A DNA stretch of 64,000 bases from contig CAIRXW010000024.1 of assembly GCA_903882665.1 (NCBI GenBank), forward strand, positions 32,217 through 96,216. Reading direction: 5' to 3'. The DNA is from an uncultured Chlorobiaceae bacterium. GTDB taxonomy: Bacteria; Bacteroidota; Chlorobiia; Chlorobiales; Chlorobiaceae. The notes under the pieces were generated by a model that was not told the DNA's origin, did not search any database, and saw nothing but the letters and a program-made list of their open reading frames with translations. Shown here piece by piece: positions 36,537-45,817 of this stretch; position 1 is the first letter of the stretch; each line of letters opens with the position of its first letter. The translations under genes and the position numbers were made by a program.

Positions 36537-36746
36537 GAGAGCTCTCCTGAATCAAATATGGAAACGAAAGGGCAACTCTTTTTTTATTATAGAGTTACCC
36601 CTTCAAAAGGCAGTAAATTTGATGGTCAATTAATCATTGACATAGGCGACAATATAACCTCACGAAGGTATCCGGCAATGGATAAATGACAATTTTTTTG
36701 CTTCAGAGAAGGGATTTTATCGACCATATCCCAAGGCGCTGGCAGC

Positions 36747-37178
36747 TCACGCCAAAAAGAGTTCACGCTCACTCTCACGACGTGCAGTCAGCCCCGCAAG
36801 CACCTTCCCCATTGCCTTGTTCCACCTCAAAAACTCATTCGCTGCCGCCTCCCGGTCATCAGAATTAAGCTTTTTCAGCAAGGTCGAGTTCTTCAGTGAG
36901 CCAGCCCCGAGATTAAAGGAAAAGCTGATCAGGGCATCAAACATTCCCTGTGTCATCGGCACCGTCACCAGCTCATTGACCGCACGCTCAAAACGCTGGA
37001 CATCATGCTCGAGGAGTGCATTTGCCTCTTCAGCGTCAATTTTCCGGCCTTTTGTTACATCAGGCCCGGTATGGCCATACCCGATTGTAAGCTTTCCCCC
37101 CGGGCAAACATAGGCCGCAAGCTGCAACCCCTCATACTTGCGGATAAGATCAAACCCCTTTTCACTGGTCTGCATCAT
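36747..37178 (-). CDS. Phage-type lysozyme (glycoside hydrolase family 24)
   Basis: 143 aa. GFDLIRKYEGLQLAAYVCPGGKLTIGYGHT..., FDALISFSFNLG, NKAMGKVLAGLTARRESERELF. Confidence 0.85.
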   Translation of the reverse strand: MMQTSEKGFDLIRKYEGLQLAAYVCPGGKLTIGYGHTGPDVTKGRKIDAEEANALLEHDVQRFERAVNELVTVPMTQGMFDALISFSFNLGAGSLKNSTLLKKLNSDDREAAANEFLRWNKAMGKVLAGLTARRESERELFLA

Positions 37179-37279
37179 GATATATCTTGTTTAGAAATTG
37201 CACGGCCGCGCGATAAAAAGTGCATGGTAAAAGTTACGCAATATCAGCACAATCAAAAAGAGTTGCAGAAAAACGGTTA

Positions 37280-38773
37280 TTATCCGCCTGATTCACCTCG
37301 CAGGTTAAAATCATCAACGACGGGGATGTTCCTGAGCGTTTCAACAAGGAACTCCCAGAATTTCCGGACGGAGGGGATGTTGACCTTTTCGTCCGGAGAG
37401 TGGGGAAAACGAATGGTCGGGCCAAAAGAGATCATCTCCCAATCGGGATAGGCGCGACCAAGAATTCCGCACTCAAGACCGGCATGAACCGCACTTGTCT
37501 CGGCAATTTTGTGAAATTTTCGGTGATAAACATCCTGCATGATCTTCAGAATTGACGATGCGGGATCGGGCTTCCAGCCGGGATAGCGACCCTCAAAAAG
37601 CGAATCAGCCCCGGCCAGGTCAAAGATGCTTTTAATCATCACCTCAAGATCCTCTTTGGCAGAATCAACCGAACTTCGGAGGAGCATCTCAATGGTGATC
37701 TTGCCATGACAGGATTGCACCATGGCAAGATTATTGGAGGTTTCAACCAGTCCCGCCATCTCACTGCTCATGCGCACTACCCCATTCGGACAGCCGTAGA
37801 GCGCACACATGAGCCGCACAAAAACAGACTCTTCAATGACAGAGCCGGGGAGAGTGGCTGCAATAGCCTCGATGGTCAAGGTCGGCTCAACTGCCGAAAG
37901 CTCCTCTTTGATGGTGGCAGTAATAGTGAAGAGGCTCATGAGAAAAGGCTGCACCATTGGGCCCGGAAGAGCCACAAGGGCAACCGATTCACGAGGAATG
38001 GCGTTGCGGAGGCTCCCTCCATCAATGGAAGCGAGACGCAATCCATGGTAAGCATATCCATGATAGAGGATACGGTTCATGATCTTGTTGGCATTGCCAC
38101 GGCCCAACTGAATATCCAGACCACTATGGCCACCCCTCAAACCGGTCACCCTGACCATGAAAGCCTTCCAGTCGCCCTGCAGCGCCTCTTCGCGACAGGC
38201 GAAGCTCACCCTCCCGTTGCTGCCACCGGCACATCCAATACAAAGCTCCCCCTCATCTTCCGAATCGAGGTTCAAAAGAATCTCTCCCCTGAGCAAGCCT
38301 GGCTTGAGCCCGAAGGCGCCCGTCATGCCGCTCTCCTCATTACTGGTGAAGAGCGCTTCGAGAGGGCCGTGCTGCAACTCCCGCGATTCAAGCACCGCCA
38401 TCGCCGCAGCAACACCCATACCGTTATCGGCACCAAGGGTTGTTCCATTGGCCCGCACCCAGTCGCCATCCAGAACGGTTTCGATCGGATCGGTGGCAAA
38501 ATCGTGGAGCTTGTCGAGATTCTTTTGCGGCACCATATCAAGATGGCTCTGCAAAATCACCCCTTGCCGTTCTTCCATACCCGGCGAAGCAGGCTTGCGG
38601 ATAATCACATTGCCAACCTCATCCACCATGCTCTCCAGCCCAAGCTTTTTCCCAAAATCAGCAAGAAACTCCCTGATCCTCTCCTCATTTCCGGAGGGGC
38701 GGGGAATCTGTGTCAAAAGATAAAAATTGCGCCATACCTCACGGGGGGAGAGCTGCGAAATATCGTTGTTCAT
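37280..38773 (-). CDS. pepD: Xaa-His dipeptidase (peptidase M20C)
   Basis: ORF 37280..38797, with the start placed at MNNDISQLSPREVW. Motifs: IPRPSGNEE, LQSHLDMVPQKN, GADNGMG, NEESGMTGA. Confidence 0.88.
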   Translation of the reverse strand: MNNDISQLSPREVWRNFYLLTQIPRPSGNEERIREFLADFGKKLGLESMVDEVGNVIIRKPASPGMEERQGVILQSHLDMVPQKNLDKLHDFATDPIETVLDGDWVRANGTTLGADNGMGVAAAMAVLESRELQHGPLEALFTSNEESGMTGAFGLKPGLLRGEILLNLDSEDEGELCIGCAGGSNGRVSFACREEALQGDWKAFMVRVTGLRGGHSGLDIQLGRGNANKIMNRILYHGYAYHGLRLASIDGGSLRNAIPRESVALVALPGPMVQPFLMSLFTITATIKEELSAVEPTLTIEAIAATLPGSVIEESVFVRLMCALYGCPNGVVRMSSEMAGLVETSNNLAMVQSCHGKITIEMLLRSSVDSAKEDLEVMIKSIFDLAGADSLFEGRYPGWKPDPASSILKIMQDVYHRKFHKIAETSAVHAGLECGILGRAYPDWEMISFGPTIRFPHSPDEKVNIPSVRKFWEFLVETLRNIPVVDDFNLRGESGG

Positions 38774-38830
38774 AGTAAAGAAATATCGTTTCGTCATGAA
38801 TTGGTAAACGCTCTTGATGTCAGGGGCAAA

Positions 38831-39826
38831 TCAATAGGTCATAACCAGCCCGCCAATCGAGAGCCCGGCACCGGTGCCGACGAGCAGGAACTTCTGCCCT
38901 CGCTGGAGGGTAGTGCTGCGCACAGCTTGGTAGAGAGTGGCGGGAATGGAGGCGGCCACGCAGTTACCGAGCCATTCGAGAGTGTGTATAATTTTCGCCT
39001 CCGGCCACCCGTAGCGCTGGAGAAGGAGCAAACCCACCTTGCTCGACTGGTGCGGAACAACAAGATCAATATCTCGCAGGCTTGTTGAAAGGCCCGCATA
39101 AAGCTCCTCAAGAAAGGCTTCATCAAAGCTCCGCACCATACGAAGCACTGCAGGACCATCCATCCGGAAGAGATCGTCATCAGAATTGTGGTCAGGTTTT
39201 GCAGGATGGTGTGCCGACCCCCCTCCCCTGATGGCGGTAAAAGAGGCTCCATCCCCATAAGTTTTGAAGTGGGCGTGGTGAATGGCCGAGGCATCCTCCA
39301 TGCCAGAACGGGAGACAACCACCGCAGCCGCAGCATCACCCACCAACGTAGCCGATTCAGGCTCTTTCGGGTTGATACCACATGAAGAGATATCGGAACT
39401 GACAATGAGAATCGTGGTGTAGCGCCCGGTACTGAGAAAATTTGCAGCCACATCAAGAGCAGTGAGAAAACTGAGGCAGGTAGTGTGCACGCTCATGGCA
39501 GGAATTCCCGATCGACCAAGACCAAGCTGACGCTGAATCAATGCACCGGTATCAGGAATCGCCTGTTCAGCCGTACCCGAAGCATTAATAATAAGGCTGA
39601 GCTGGTCGGGCCTGAGCCCCGCCTCATCAAGCGCCTCACGCGCAGCCTCCGCAGCCATAAATGAGGCCGTTTCGGTAGTAACCCACCGCCGTTCACGCAC
39701 ACCGTTGCGCCGCTCCACCCATCCGGCAGACAGGGCGTAGATACGCTCAAGCTCGGAGTTTTGAACAATGCGAGGCGGAAGATATCGGCCAAGGCCGATA
39801 ATTTTAAGGGGCAAATTGACGTCCAT
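38831..39826 (-). CDS. 3-oxoacyl-ACP synthase III family (FabH-like) condensing enzyme
   Basis: 331 aa. ...GLGRYLPPRIVQNSELE..., active-site Cys context HTTCLSF, HQSSK, GNCVAASIP. Confidence 0.8.
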   Translation of the reverse strand: MDVNLPLKIIGLGRYLPPRIVQNSELERIYALSAGWVERRNGVRERRWVTTETASFMAAEAAREALDEAGLRPDQLSLIINASGTAEQAIPDTGALIQRQLGLGRSGIPAMSVHTTCLSFLTALDVAANFLSTGRYTTILIVSSDISSCGINPKEPESATLVGDAAAAVVVSRSGMEDASAIHHAHFKTYGDGASFTAIRGGGSAHHPAKPDHNSDDDLFRMDGPAVLRMVRSFDEAFLEELYAGLSTSLRDIDLVVPHQSSKVGLLLLQRYGWPEAKIIHTLEWLGNCVAASIPATLYQAVRSTTLQRGQKFLLVGTGAGLSIGGLVMTY

Positions 39827-39832
39827 ACAGCG

Positions 39833-40006
39833 TTACTGATAATTCCCTGCGACCATGCAAACAAAGAGGTACAATAAGGAATGTACCATAAGTTCAACCA
39901 TTTCAGCCAACCCCATCCTCAGGCTGTACTGCACCGAAAAACCATAGTCTTCAAAAATTTTATCGATTTTCGTCTTGCGCCGGTCGGTTTCGATATTGCA
40001 GGTCAC
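39833..40006 (-). CDS. Small ORF with a Cas2/VapD-like N-terminal pattern (very tentative)
   Basis: Hand translation with a GTG start: VTCNIETDRRKTKIDKIFEDYGFSVQYSLRMGLAEMVEL... Compare Cas2 YD...DRRR....K.L..FG...QYSVFE. It ends 7 nt before the FabH-like ATG. There is no CRISPR array in the window. Confidence 0.25.
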   Translation of the reverse strand: MTCNIETDRRKTKIDKIFEDYGFSVQYSLRMGLAEMVELMVHSLLYLFVCMVAGNYQ

Positions 40007-40225
40007 AAATATGCATTGTATCTCTCTTCCTCCCCCTTTTTTCAGCCCTGCTCCAACTTATTTTTTCCGGGCAAACGTATTACAACTCCTGATCTTCGTT
40101 GATATTTATTTTGTAACTGTTATGACCTAAATCATGTAGCGAACACAGGATTCTTTGGACAATCGAGCCTTGGTTTGACTTTTTATTCTGGTCCACCGGG
40201 GGCGATAGCCGAGGTAAGGGGGTTG

Positions 40226-40402
40226 TTATAACAGCCGGTTGTCCAGTTTTTTATAACCTGTGAATTTTCGATCGGAGGACATTAAACTTGCGTCATGCGC
40301 AAGGGCAGATGCAATGATGATTCTGTCCTGGGGATCACTGTGATGTTCTGGTAATTCAATTGCAAGAGATGCAATTTCGGGAATAACTGGCTTACTTTGA
40401 AA
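40226..40402 (-). pseudogene. PIN-domain (VapC) C-terminal remnant
   Basis: FQSKPVIPEIASLAIELPEHHSDPQDRIIIASALAHDASLMSSDRKFTGYKKL..., which fits the PIN C-terminus LP.HH.DPFDR.IIA.A......T.D..F..Y. It is preceded by an in-frame TGA and has no N-terminal half. Confidence 0.5.
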
Positions 40403-40596
40403 TCACCAGAAAAATGGCCTCGGCACGCTTTTTTTTGGGTGATTTTTGGACAAATTGACAAGAGGGAACTTGAGTGGAAATATGAAATTGTCTTGGCATA
40501 ATTGATAAAAATACTCTAAATTAAACAAAGAGCAGTTTTGATAACTGCATCAGGTTTTGACGATTATTTTTCAATAACCTTTCAATAATAAACATC

Positions 40597-40821
40597 ATGG
40601 CAAACGAAACAAATGATCTCGCGGGCGCTTTGACCAACTTGCTGAATACTGGCGGCACGCTGCTTCAGCAGTCCATCGAACTGTTGAACAGTGGACTGAA
40701 AAGCACCTCGCAGGCGATCGAGCCTCTGGGTAAGTCAGCAATTGACCTGGCTGGAAATGCAACAAACGCATTAAATCAGACATTGCAGAGTGTCTCAGCC
40801 GCTATTGCTCCGAAAAAGTAA
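40597..40821 (+). CDS. Small Ala/Asn/Leu-rich protein, CsmB/CsmF-like chlorosome envelope protein (tentative)
   Basis: 74 aa. MANETNDLAGALTNLLNTGGTLLQQSIELLNSG...SVSAAIAPKK. The size and composition fit the CsmB/F family from memory, and a strong terminator follows. Confidence 0.45.
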   Translation: MANETNDLAGALTNLLNTGGTLLQQSIELLNSGLKSTSQAIEPLGKSAIDLAGNATNALNQTLQSVSAAIAPKK

Positions 40822-40851
40822 ATCAGGATTTTGATTACTGCTTTAAAAAAG

Positions 40852-40884
40852 CACCCTGTACTGTCTGGAGCAGGGTGTTTTTTT
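40852..40884 (+). terminator. Rho-independent terminator
   Basis: caccctg (40852-40858) pairs with cagggtg (40871-40877), followed by T7. Confidence 0.8.
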
Positions 40885-41027
40885 ATGAATGAAGGACGTT
40901 TCATGCAATAATTCCATCTCATCATTGGCATGAAGAAGTGCCTGACTGCATTTATTGATTGCCTGAAGTGCACGGTTCAACGTATGGAGTTCAGCCGCCT
41001 GTTGCTTTTGCCCGGCACGATCCATCA

Positions 41028-42161
41028 TCACCCTTCCCTTTTGCGCATGAGTTCAACGAGCTCGGCTGTTCGAGACGCCTGTTTTTCTACGGCTTCAGCG
41101 AGGCGCTCCATGTCGGTTTGGCGTCCGCGTTCAGTTTCGGTATCAAAAAGAATCGGTTTCTGAAACCCTTCAGAAAGCCGGAAAATGTGGCGGCAGAGCA
41201 TGATGAGGATAACATAGAATACCGGAAGCAGATACTCTGCGAAAATAACGGTCATCTCCTGATAGTGCAGCATGATGCCTTCCCAGTCGCCGATGAAAAG
41301 CAGATCCCATTTCAGAAAAAAATAGAGATAGATGACTGGATGAAAAACCAGAAAAAAGCGCATGACTTTCGACTGCCGCCGGTTGGCCGCTTCACTTTCG
41401 TACTTTGAGAGAAGCCATGGAAAGTGGCCGACAAGCATGGCGGATCTGCGATCGTTGAGATAGTGTGCCCCCTGGAGTGCAGAGTCGATAAACGAGGATA
41501 CCTGACTCAATAGAAAGGTGGAGAGGATCATGGCCAGAAAGGCGTAGCTGATGTCGTCGAACTTGAACGATCCGGAAAGGTAGGGCAGCGTAATGGTTTT
41601 TGGTTTAATGACGATAAAGAGCATGGCTATCCCTGCAAGCAGGAGAGAGAAGGTGTGGAGCTTGCGGGCATGGCGGAGGCTTTCGATGACGGCATCGGCG
41701 TTTGCCCCCTGCATGGAGTTGCCTGGCGGGTCGATTCTGAGCAGGGCAGCCGAGTCGGTGATGGGCGAGTAGAGGCCATTGACGCCAATATCACACCCCT
41801 CAATGTCGCGATAGATGGTGTAAATGTCGATGGTGCTTTTACTGAAATTAACTCCGGTGAGGTTGCTTCTGCTTAAGTCAGCTCCCCGAAGATCGGCACC
41901 ACGAAGATCCGCTTCTGCGAGATTTGCCCCGACAAGATTGGCTTTCGCGAGGTTTGCGCCGCCAAGATCAGCTTCCGAGAGGTTTGCACCCCGCAAATCA
42001 AGTGTGGCAAGCAAGGCCTCGTGCAGATCCGGTCGGCTCTCCGGATGTTCCTGGCGCCAGAGGTTCCAGGTGCTGACGCCCTCTTTGAGGCGTTTCAAGT
42101 GTTCAGTGTCAGCCATTTTTATAATAATATTAGAGAGCTCAGCCGGGGGTTTTGGCGGCAT
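41028..42161 (-). CDS. Pentapeptide-repeat protein with a C-terminal multi-pass membrane domain
   Basis: 377 aa. [51 protein letters not shown], then about four hydrophobic helices. Confidence 0.8.
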   Translation of the reverse strand: MPPKPPAELSNIIIKMADTEHLKRLKEGVSTWNLWRQEHPESRPDLHEALLATLDLRGANLSEADLGGANLAKANLVGANLAEADLRGADLRGADLSRSNLTGVNFSKSTIDIYTIYRDIEGCDIGVNGLYSPITDSAALLRIDPPGNSMQGANADAVIESLRHARKLHTFSLLLAGIAMLFIVIKPKTITLPYLSGSFKFDDISYAFLAMILSTFLLSQVSSFIDSALQGAHYLNDRRSAMLVGHFPWLLSKYESEAANRRQSKVMRFFLVFHPVIYLYFFLKWDLLFIGDWEGIMLHYQEMTVIFAEYLLPVFYVILIMLCRHIFRLSEGFQKPILFDTETERGRQTDMERLAEAVEKQASRTAELVELMRKREG

Positions 42162-42852
42162 ACTTCAGCACAGCTTTCAACAGTGACGCGCTCCGGATGA
42201 CCTGGGTATAGACCTCGTTCTGGGTCATATCCCTCTTCTCTTCCCGTATTTTAATCCCAAGATCGCGGGCGCTGTTGGCGACTTTTGCGATTTCACGGGC
42301 AAGGTCAGCTTCGTTCAGGATGGTAATATCCTCAATGTTGCGCTGAATATAACCGATGTTGTTTCTGACGCTGCTTTCGATGATGCCGTCATTGATGCTG
42401 TGGCGGCTTTTGTTGAAGTCATCATAGGGGGTGTTGTGCAGCGGCATGGAGAGATCGGCAATATAGTGCGCACAGAAGACAAGCGGATATTCGGCATATT
42501 TACCGGTATCTTTCTCTGCCTTGTAGGCCCTTACCGCACCGATGATTGCGCCATAGAGGTGCCCTTCCACGTCGTCCGGTTTATTATAGCGTTCAATCTG
42601 ACTCATGACCAGTGCGGCGTCCACCTCTTTGCCTGCGTTGTTGTTGAAGTAATGATTTTTTTCTTCTGCTGCCCTGAATTCGCTCTTCGATTTTGCGACA
42701 TCGGGTGCGGCCGCGCTGTACCAGAGGTCAAAGGCAGCGGCCTCGGCAACCGAAAGGTGGGTCTTGTCGTGCCAGGCTAACGCAGGCAATGAAGAGACCG
42801 TAAGGGAGAGAGCTGTTGATAGGGCAGCAATGCTTCGTGACAGGATACGCAT
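42139..42852 (-). CDS. Secreted phospholipase C / P1-nuclease-superfamily-like protein (tentative)
   Basis: 237 aa. Signal peptide ...SLPALA, then [29 protein letters not shown] and SRHSINDG. This His/Asp spacing resembles the Zn-dependent PLC/S1-P1 fold. Confidence 0.45.
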   Translation of the reverse strand: MRILSRSIAALSTALSLTVSSLPALAWHDKTHLSVAEAAAFDLWYSAAAPDVAKSKSEFRAAEEKNHYFNNNAGKEVDAALVMSQIERYNKPDDVEGHLYGAIIGAVRAYKAEKDTGKYAEYPLVFCAHYIADLSMPLHNTPYDDFNKSRHSINDGIIESSVRNNIGYIQRNIEDITILNEADLAREIAKVANSARDLGIKIREEKRDMTQNEVYTQVIRSASLLKAVLKYAAKTPG

Positions 42853-42965
42853 GAGAGCCTCGTTGTTTTTGTTTTATCATAAGTACGCCTGATGACGGCT
42901 AAATTCCAGGCAAAAGAGAGATGCATTTCAGCCGATAACCTTGCAGCCCTCTGAGTGCCCGCTCC

Positions 42966-43940
42966 TCAGGCTGGGGACATTTCGAGCATTCTCTGTATGG
43001 AACCAAGTGAGGCTGTACGAAGCGCTTCGTCAACCAGAATCTCCGGCTTACGGGTAAACATGCATTGGTAGAGCTTTTCAAGGGTATTCTGCTTCATCTG
43101 CGTGCAGAGAGTTCGGGGATTGCCGGGCTCCTTGGGAGCTGGAATGAAGGTTTTCAATGGGGAGCGTCGCTGCATTTCATAGATAATTCCGGGCTCGGTC
43201 GCAACAACAAATATTTGGGCGGAACTGTTGACGGTATACTCAAGCAGAGCCTTCGTTGAACCGATAAATGCTGCATGGCGAAGCACCTCTTCGCGGCATT
43301 CGGGATGGGCTATGAGTTCCGCATCTGGATTCTCCCTGCAGGCGTTGAGTACACTTGATTCGGAAAACTCTTCGTGTACATAGCAGTAGCCCTGCCAGAG
43401 AATCAACTCCCGACCCAGTTTTTTTGCCAGGTAGCCGCCAAGGTTTCTGTCAGGGCCGAAAATAATCTGCTGACTTTGGGGAATCTGGCGAATGATCTCT
43501 TCGGCATTGGAGGAGGTACAGGTGATATCGGAGAGCGCCTTGATTTCAGCCGTCGAGTTGATATAGGTAATAACGAGGGCGCCGGGGTGCTCTGACTTGA
43601 ATTTTTTGAACTCATCTGCCGGGCAACTGTCGGCAAGCGGGCATCCTGCGCGAGCATCCGGCATCAGCACCAGTTTTCCGGGATTGAGGATTTTGGCTGT
43701 TTCGGCCATGAAATAGACTCCTGCAAAGACGATCACGTCAGCATCGGTTTTTTCGGCTGCCCGTGCAAGGGCAAGGCTGTCACCAACAATATCGGCGATC
43801 TGCTGTATCTCAGGAACCGTATAGTAGTGGGCAAGGACAAGGGCGTTCATCTCTTTTTTCAGCGCATTGATCCGCCTGAAAAGCTCTTCATGCGAAAGGG
43901 CGGCAGCAGCAACGCTGGTTGAAGCATAATCTCTGGTCAT
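42966..43940 (-). CDS. nadA: Quinolinate synthase
   Basis: 324 aa. [54 protein letters not shown]. Confidence 0.9.
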   Translation of the reverse strand: MTRDYASTSVAAAALSHEELFRRINALKKEMNALVLAHYYTVPEIQQIADIVGDSLALARAAEKTDADVIVFAGVYFMAETAKILNPGKLVLMPDARAGCPLADSCPADEFKKFKSEHPGALVITYINSTAEIKALSDITCTSSNAEEIIRQIPQSQQIIFGPDRNLGGYLAKKLGRELILWQGYCYVHEEFSESSVLNACRENPDAELIAHPECREEVLRHAAFIGSTKALLEYTVNSSAQIFVVATEPGIIYEMQRRSPLKTFIPAPKEPGNPRTLCTQMKQNTLEKLYQCMFTRKPEILVDEALRTASLGSIQRMLEMSPA

Positions 43941-43987
43941 GGTCTTATTTTCACTGTGATTGCAAACAAGTCGTTGAGGTGGGGCTC

Positions 43988-44377
43988 TTATTTGAGATAG
44001 TAGTCAAGATCGTCATCTTCCCTGATGAGCAGGAGAATGGCCGAATTTGGTACAATAATATATCGTTCATCTTCATACTCAATTTCATAGGAGCTGCTCT
44101 GGATAAAAATAGCCATATCACCCACTTTCGCCTGAAGCGGAATGTACTGTGCGGCTGAAACCCGCTCTTTCCATGGTTCGTCGGACTCAGGCGGTGGGCC
44201 CACGGGATAACCCGGCCCGGTTTTTATAATATAGCCTGTCTGAATTTTCTCCTTTTCCTGAACGCCTGGAGGAAGATATATACCTGATTTTGTTCTTTCG
44301 CCAAGAGATTTTGGTTTGATTAATACTCTGTCACCGACAACAATAAATTTATCTGTTATATTCACGTTCTGAGTCAT
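43988..44377 (-). CDS. GroES (Cpn10)-family protein, long form
   Basis: 129 aa. GDRVLIKP...[10 protein letters not shown]...G.IIKTGPG. Confidence 0.6.
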   Translation of the reverse strand: MTQNVNITDKFIVVGDRVLIKPKSLGERTKSGIYLPPGVQEKEKIQTGYIIKTGPGYPVGPPPESDEPWKERVSAAQYIPLQAKVGDMAIFIQSSSYEIEYEDERYIIVPNSAILLLIREDDDLDYYLK

Positions 44378-44456
44378 GTTTTTGCTCTTGACCTATTGAC
44401 TTCGTCACCCTTGCGCTTGATGAGGAAAATGTAATAAAAAAACCGGAATATGAACC

Positions 44457-45326
44457 GTGAGGAAGTTTTTTACTCTTTTTGTGGAATACAATACATGGCT
44501 GCTTTTTGTGCTGTACTGCAGCATAGCTTTTCTTTTTATACGACTTCAGCAGAATGATGTACAGGCCTCGCTGCACAACGAAGGTATTGAGTTCAGCGCA
44601 GCAGTTAACGAACAGTTAATGAAATTTAACTCCCTGTTTACCCTGAAAAATGAAAACGAGCGGCTGATGCGGGTCAATACTGATCTGCTTTCGAGGGTGC
44701 TCAACCTTGAAACCGCCACTGTTGATGAGCGAAATCAGAATAAAATACTTGCCGATACGACACGTAACGCTTCAGGTTTTATTATGGCAAGAGTTGTTGA
44801 CCGAAAATTCAGCGATCGGGAAAACATGCTGGTGATTGATGCGGGATGGAGAAAAGGAATCAAAAAAGAGATGACTGTTCTTGTCCCGGAAGGGCTGGTG
44901 GGAAGAGTGACCTCGGTCTCCGAGAACTATGCAAGGGTTATGCCTGTTATCCACCCTGATTTCAAGGTGATTGTGGTAGCAGACTCATGCAGCAGTATGG
45001 GTATTCTTTCCTGGAGTGGGGGCAAGGAGTTCATCGCCCAGGTTGAACATATTCCCATCAGCAGCCATCTTAAACTGAATGAACGGTTAGTCACCTCAGA
45101 TTTCAGTACATTCTCAATACGAGGCATTCCTGTCGGGCGGGTGGTACGAATAAAACCCGACAACCTTTTTTATGATGTTGATGTCAGGCTTGCCGTTGAC
45201 TTTTCAACCTTGACACAGGTACTTGTCGCACCGCTGAAAATTGAACCGGAAAAAATCAGAATCATGAGCAATGATACCACAACAATAAAAAAAAGAGCCC
45301 ATAATTTTCAGACACCTGCCTTGTGA
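44457..45326 (+). CDS. mreC: Rod shape-determining protein MreC
   Basis: 289 aa with a GTG start. N-terminal TM, a coiled region LKNENERL, GLVGRVTSVSENYARVMPV, TSDFSTFSIRGIPVGRV. Confidence 0.85.
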   Translation: MRKFFTLFVEYNTWLLFVLYCSIAFLFIRLQQNDVQASLHNEGIEFSAAVNEQLMKFNSLFTLKNENERLMRVNTDLLSRVLNLETATVDERNQNKILADTTRNASGFIMARVVDRKFSDRENMLVIDAGWRKGIKKEMTVLVPEGLVGRVTSVSENYARVMPVIHPDFKVIVVADSCSSMGILSWSGGKEFIAQVEHIPISSHLKLNERLVTSDFSTFSIRGIPVGRVVRIKPDNLFYDVDVRLAVDFSTLTQVLVAPLKIEPEKIRIMSNDTTTIKKRAHNFQTPAL

Positions 45327-45814
45327 CAAAAAAAATTTATATCTCTATCATTTTCCTCTGCATCATCTCCCTGTTGCAGGTGTTCGGCATGTCACGCATA
45401 ACGTTGTTCAATGTCTCGGCGGATGCGGTCACCATTTTCCTTGCGTATATTGCCGTAACAACCGAACAGAACACCAACACAAGTTTTGGATTTGCTGCCG
45501 GAGTGCTTGAAGGCCTCTTGACGGGAAATATGGGCTTGCACATGCTGGCAAGAACAGTCGGGAGTTTTATTGCTGGTTATTTTCATACCCCGAAAGAGAG
45601 CCATACAACAATCAAACAGAACAGCAAGCGTTTTTATGGAGCAGTTATCGTAGCCGGGCTCTGTGCCAATGCCATCCTCTCTGCTACAGGGAATCCTCTC
45701 GGCTTTTCGCCAGCCTACCGCATAGTGGTTTTCGGCCTTCTTGAATCGTTCTTCAACCTCATCCTTGCCATTATCGTGAACTGGCTGTTTTTGAGACAAT
45801 CACTTGCAAACTGA
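45323..45814 (+). CDS. mreD: Rod shape-determining protein MreD
   Basis: 163 aa, polytopic, overlaps mreC by 4 nt and precedes PBP2. Confidence 0.7.
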   Translation: MTKKIYISIIFLCIISLLQVFGMSRITLFNVSADAVTIFLAYIAVTTEQNTNTSFGFAAGVLEGLLTGNMGLHMLARTVGSFIAGYFHTPKESHTTIKQNSKRFYGAVIVAGLCANAILSATGNPLGFSPAYRIVVFGLLESFFNLILAIIVNWLFLRQSLAN

Positions 45815-45817
45815 ACG

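Noticed and set aside
35067-36689. 540-aa plus-strand ORF
   Set aside because: It lies entirely antisense to nrdJ, whose translation carries unmistakable class II RNR motifs. The plus-strand product is low-complexity (R/G/L/A-rich) with no motif. It is a shadow ORF.
37706-39088. 460-aa plus-strand ORF
   Set aside because: It is antisense to pepD and the FabH-like gene, both of which have clear family motifs. It spans two genes, so it is a shadow ORF.
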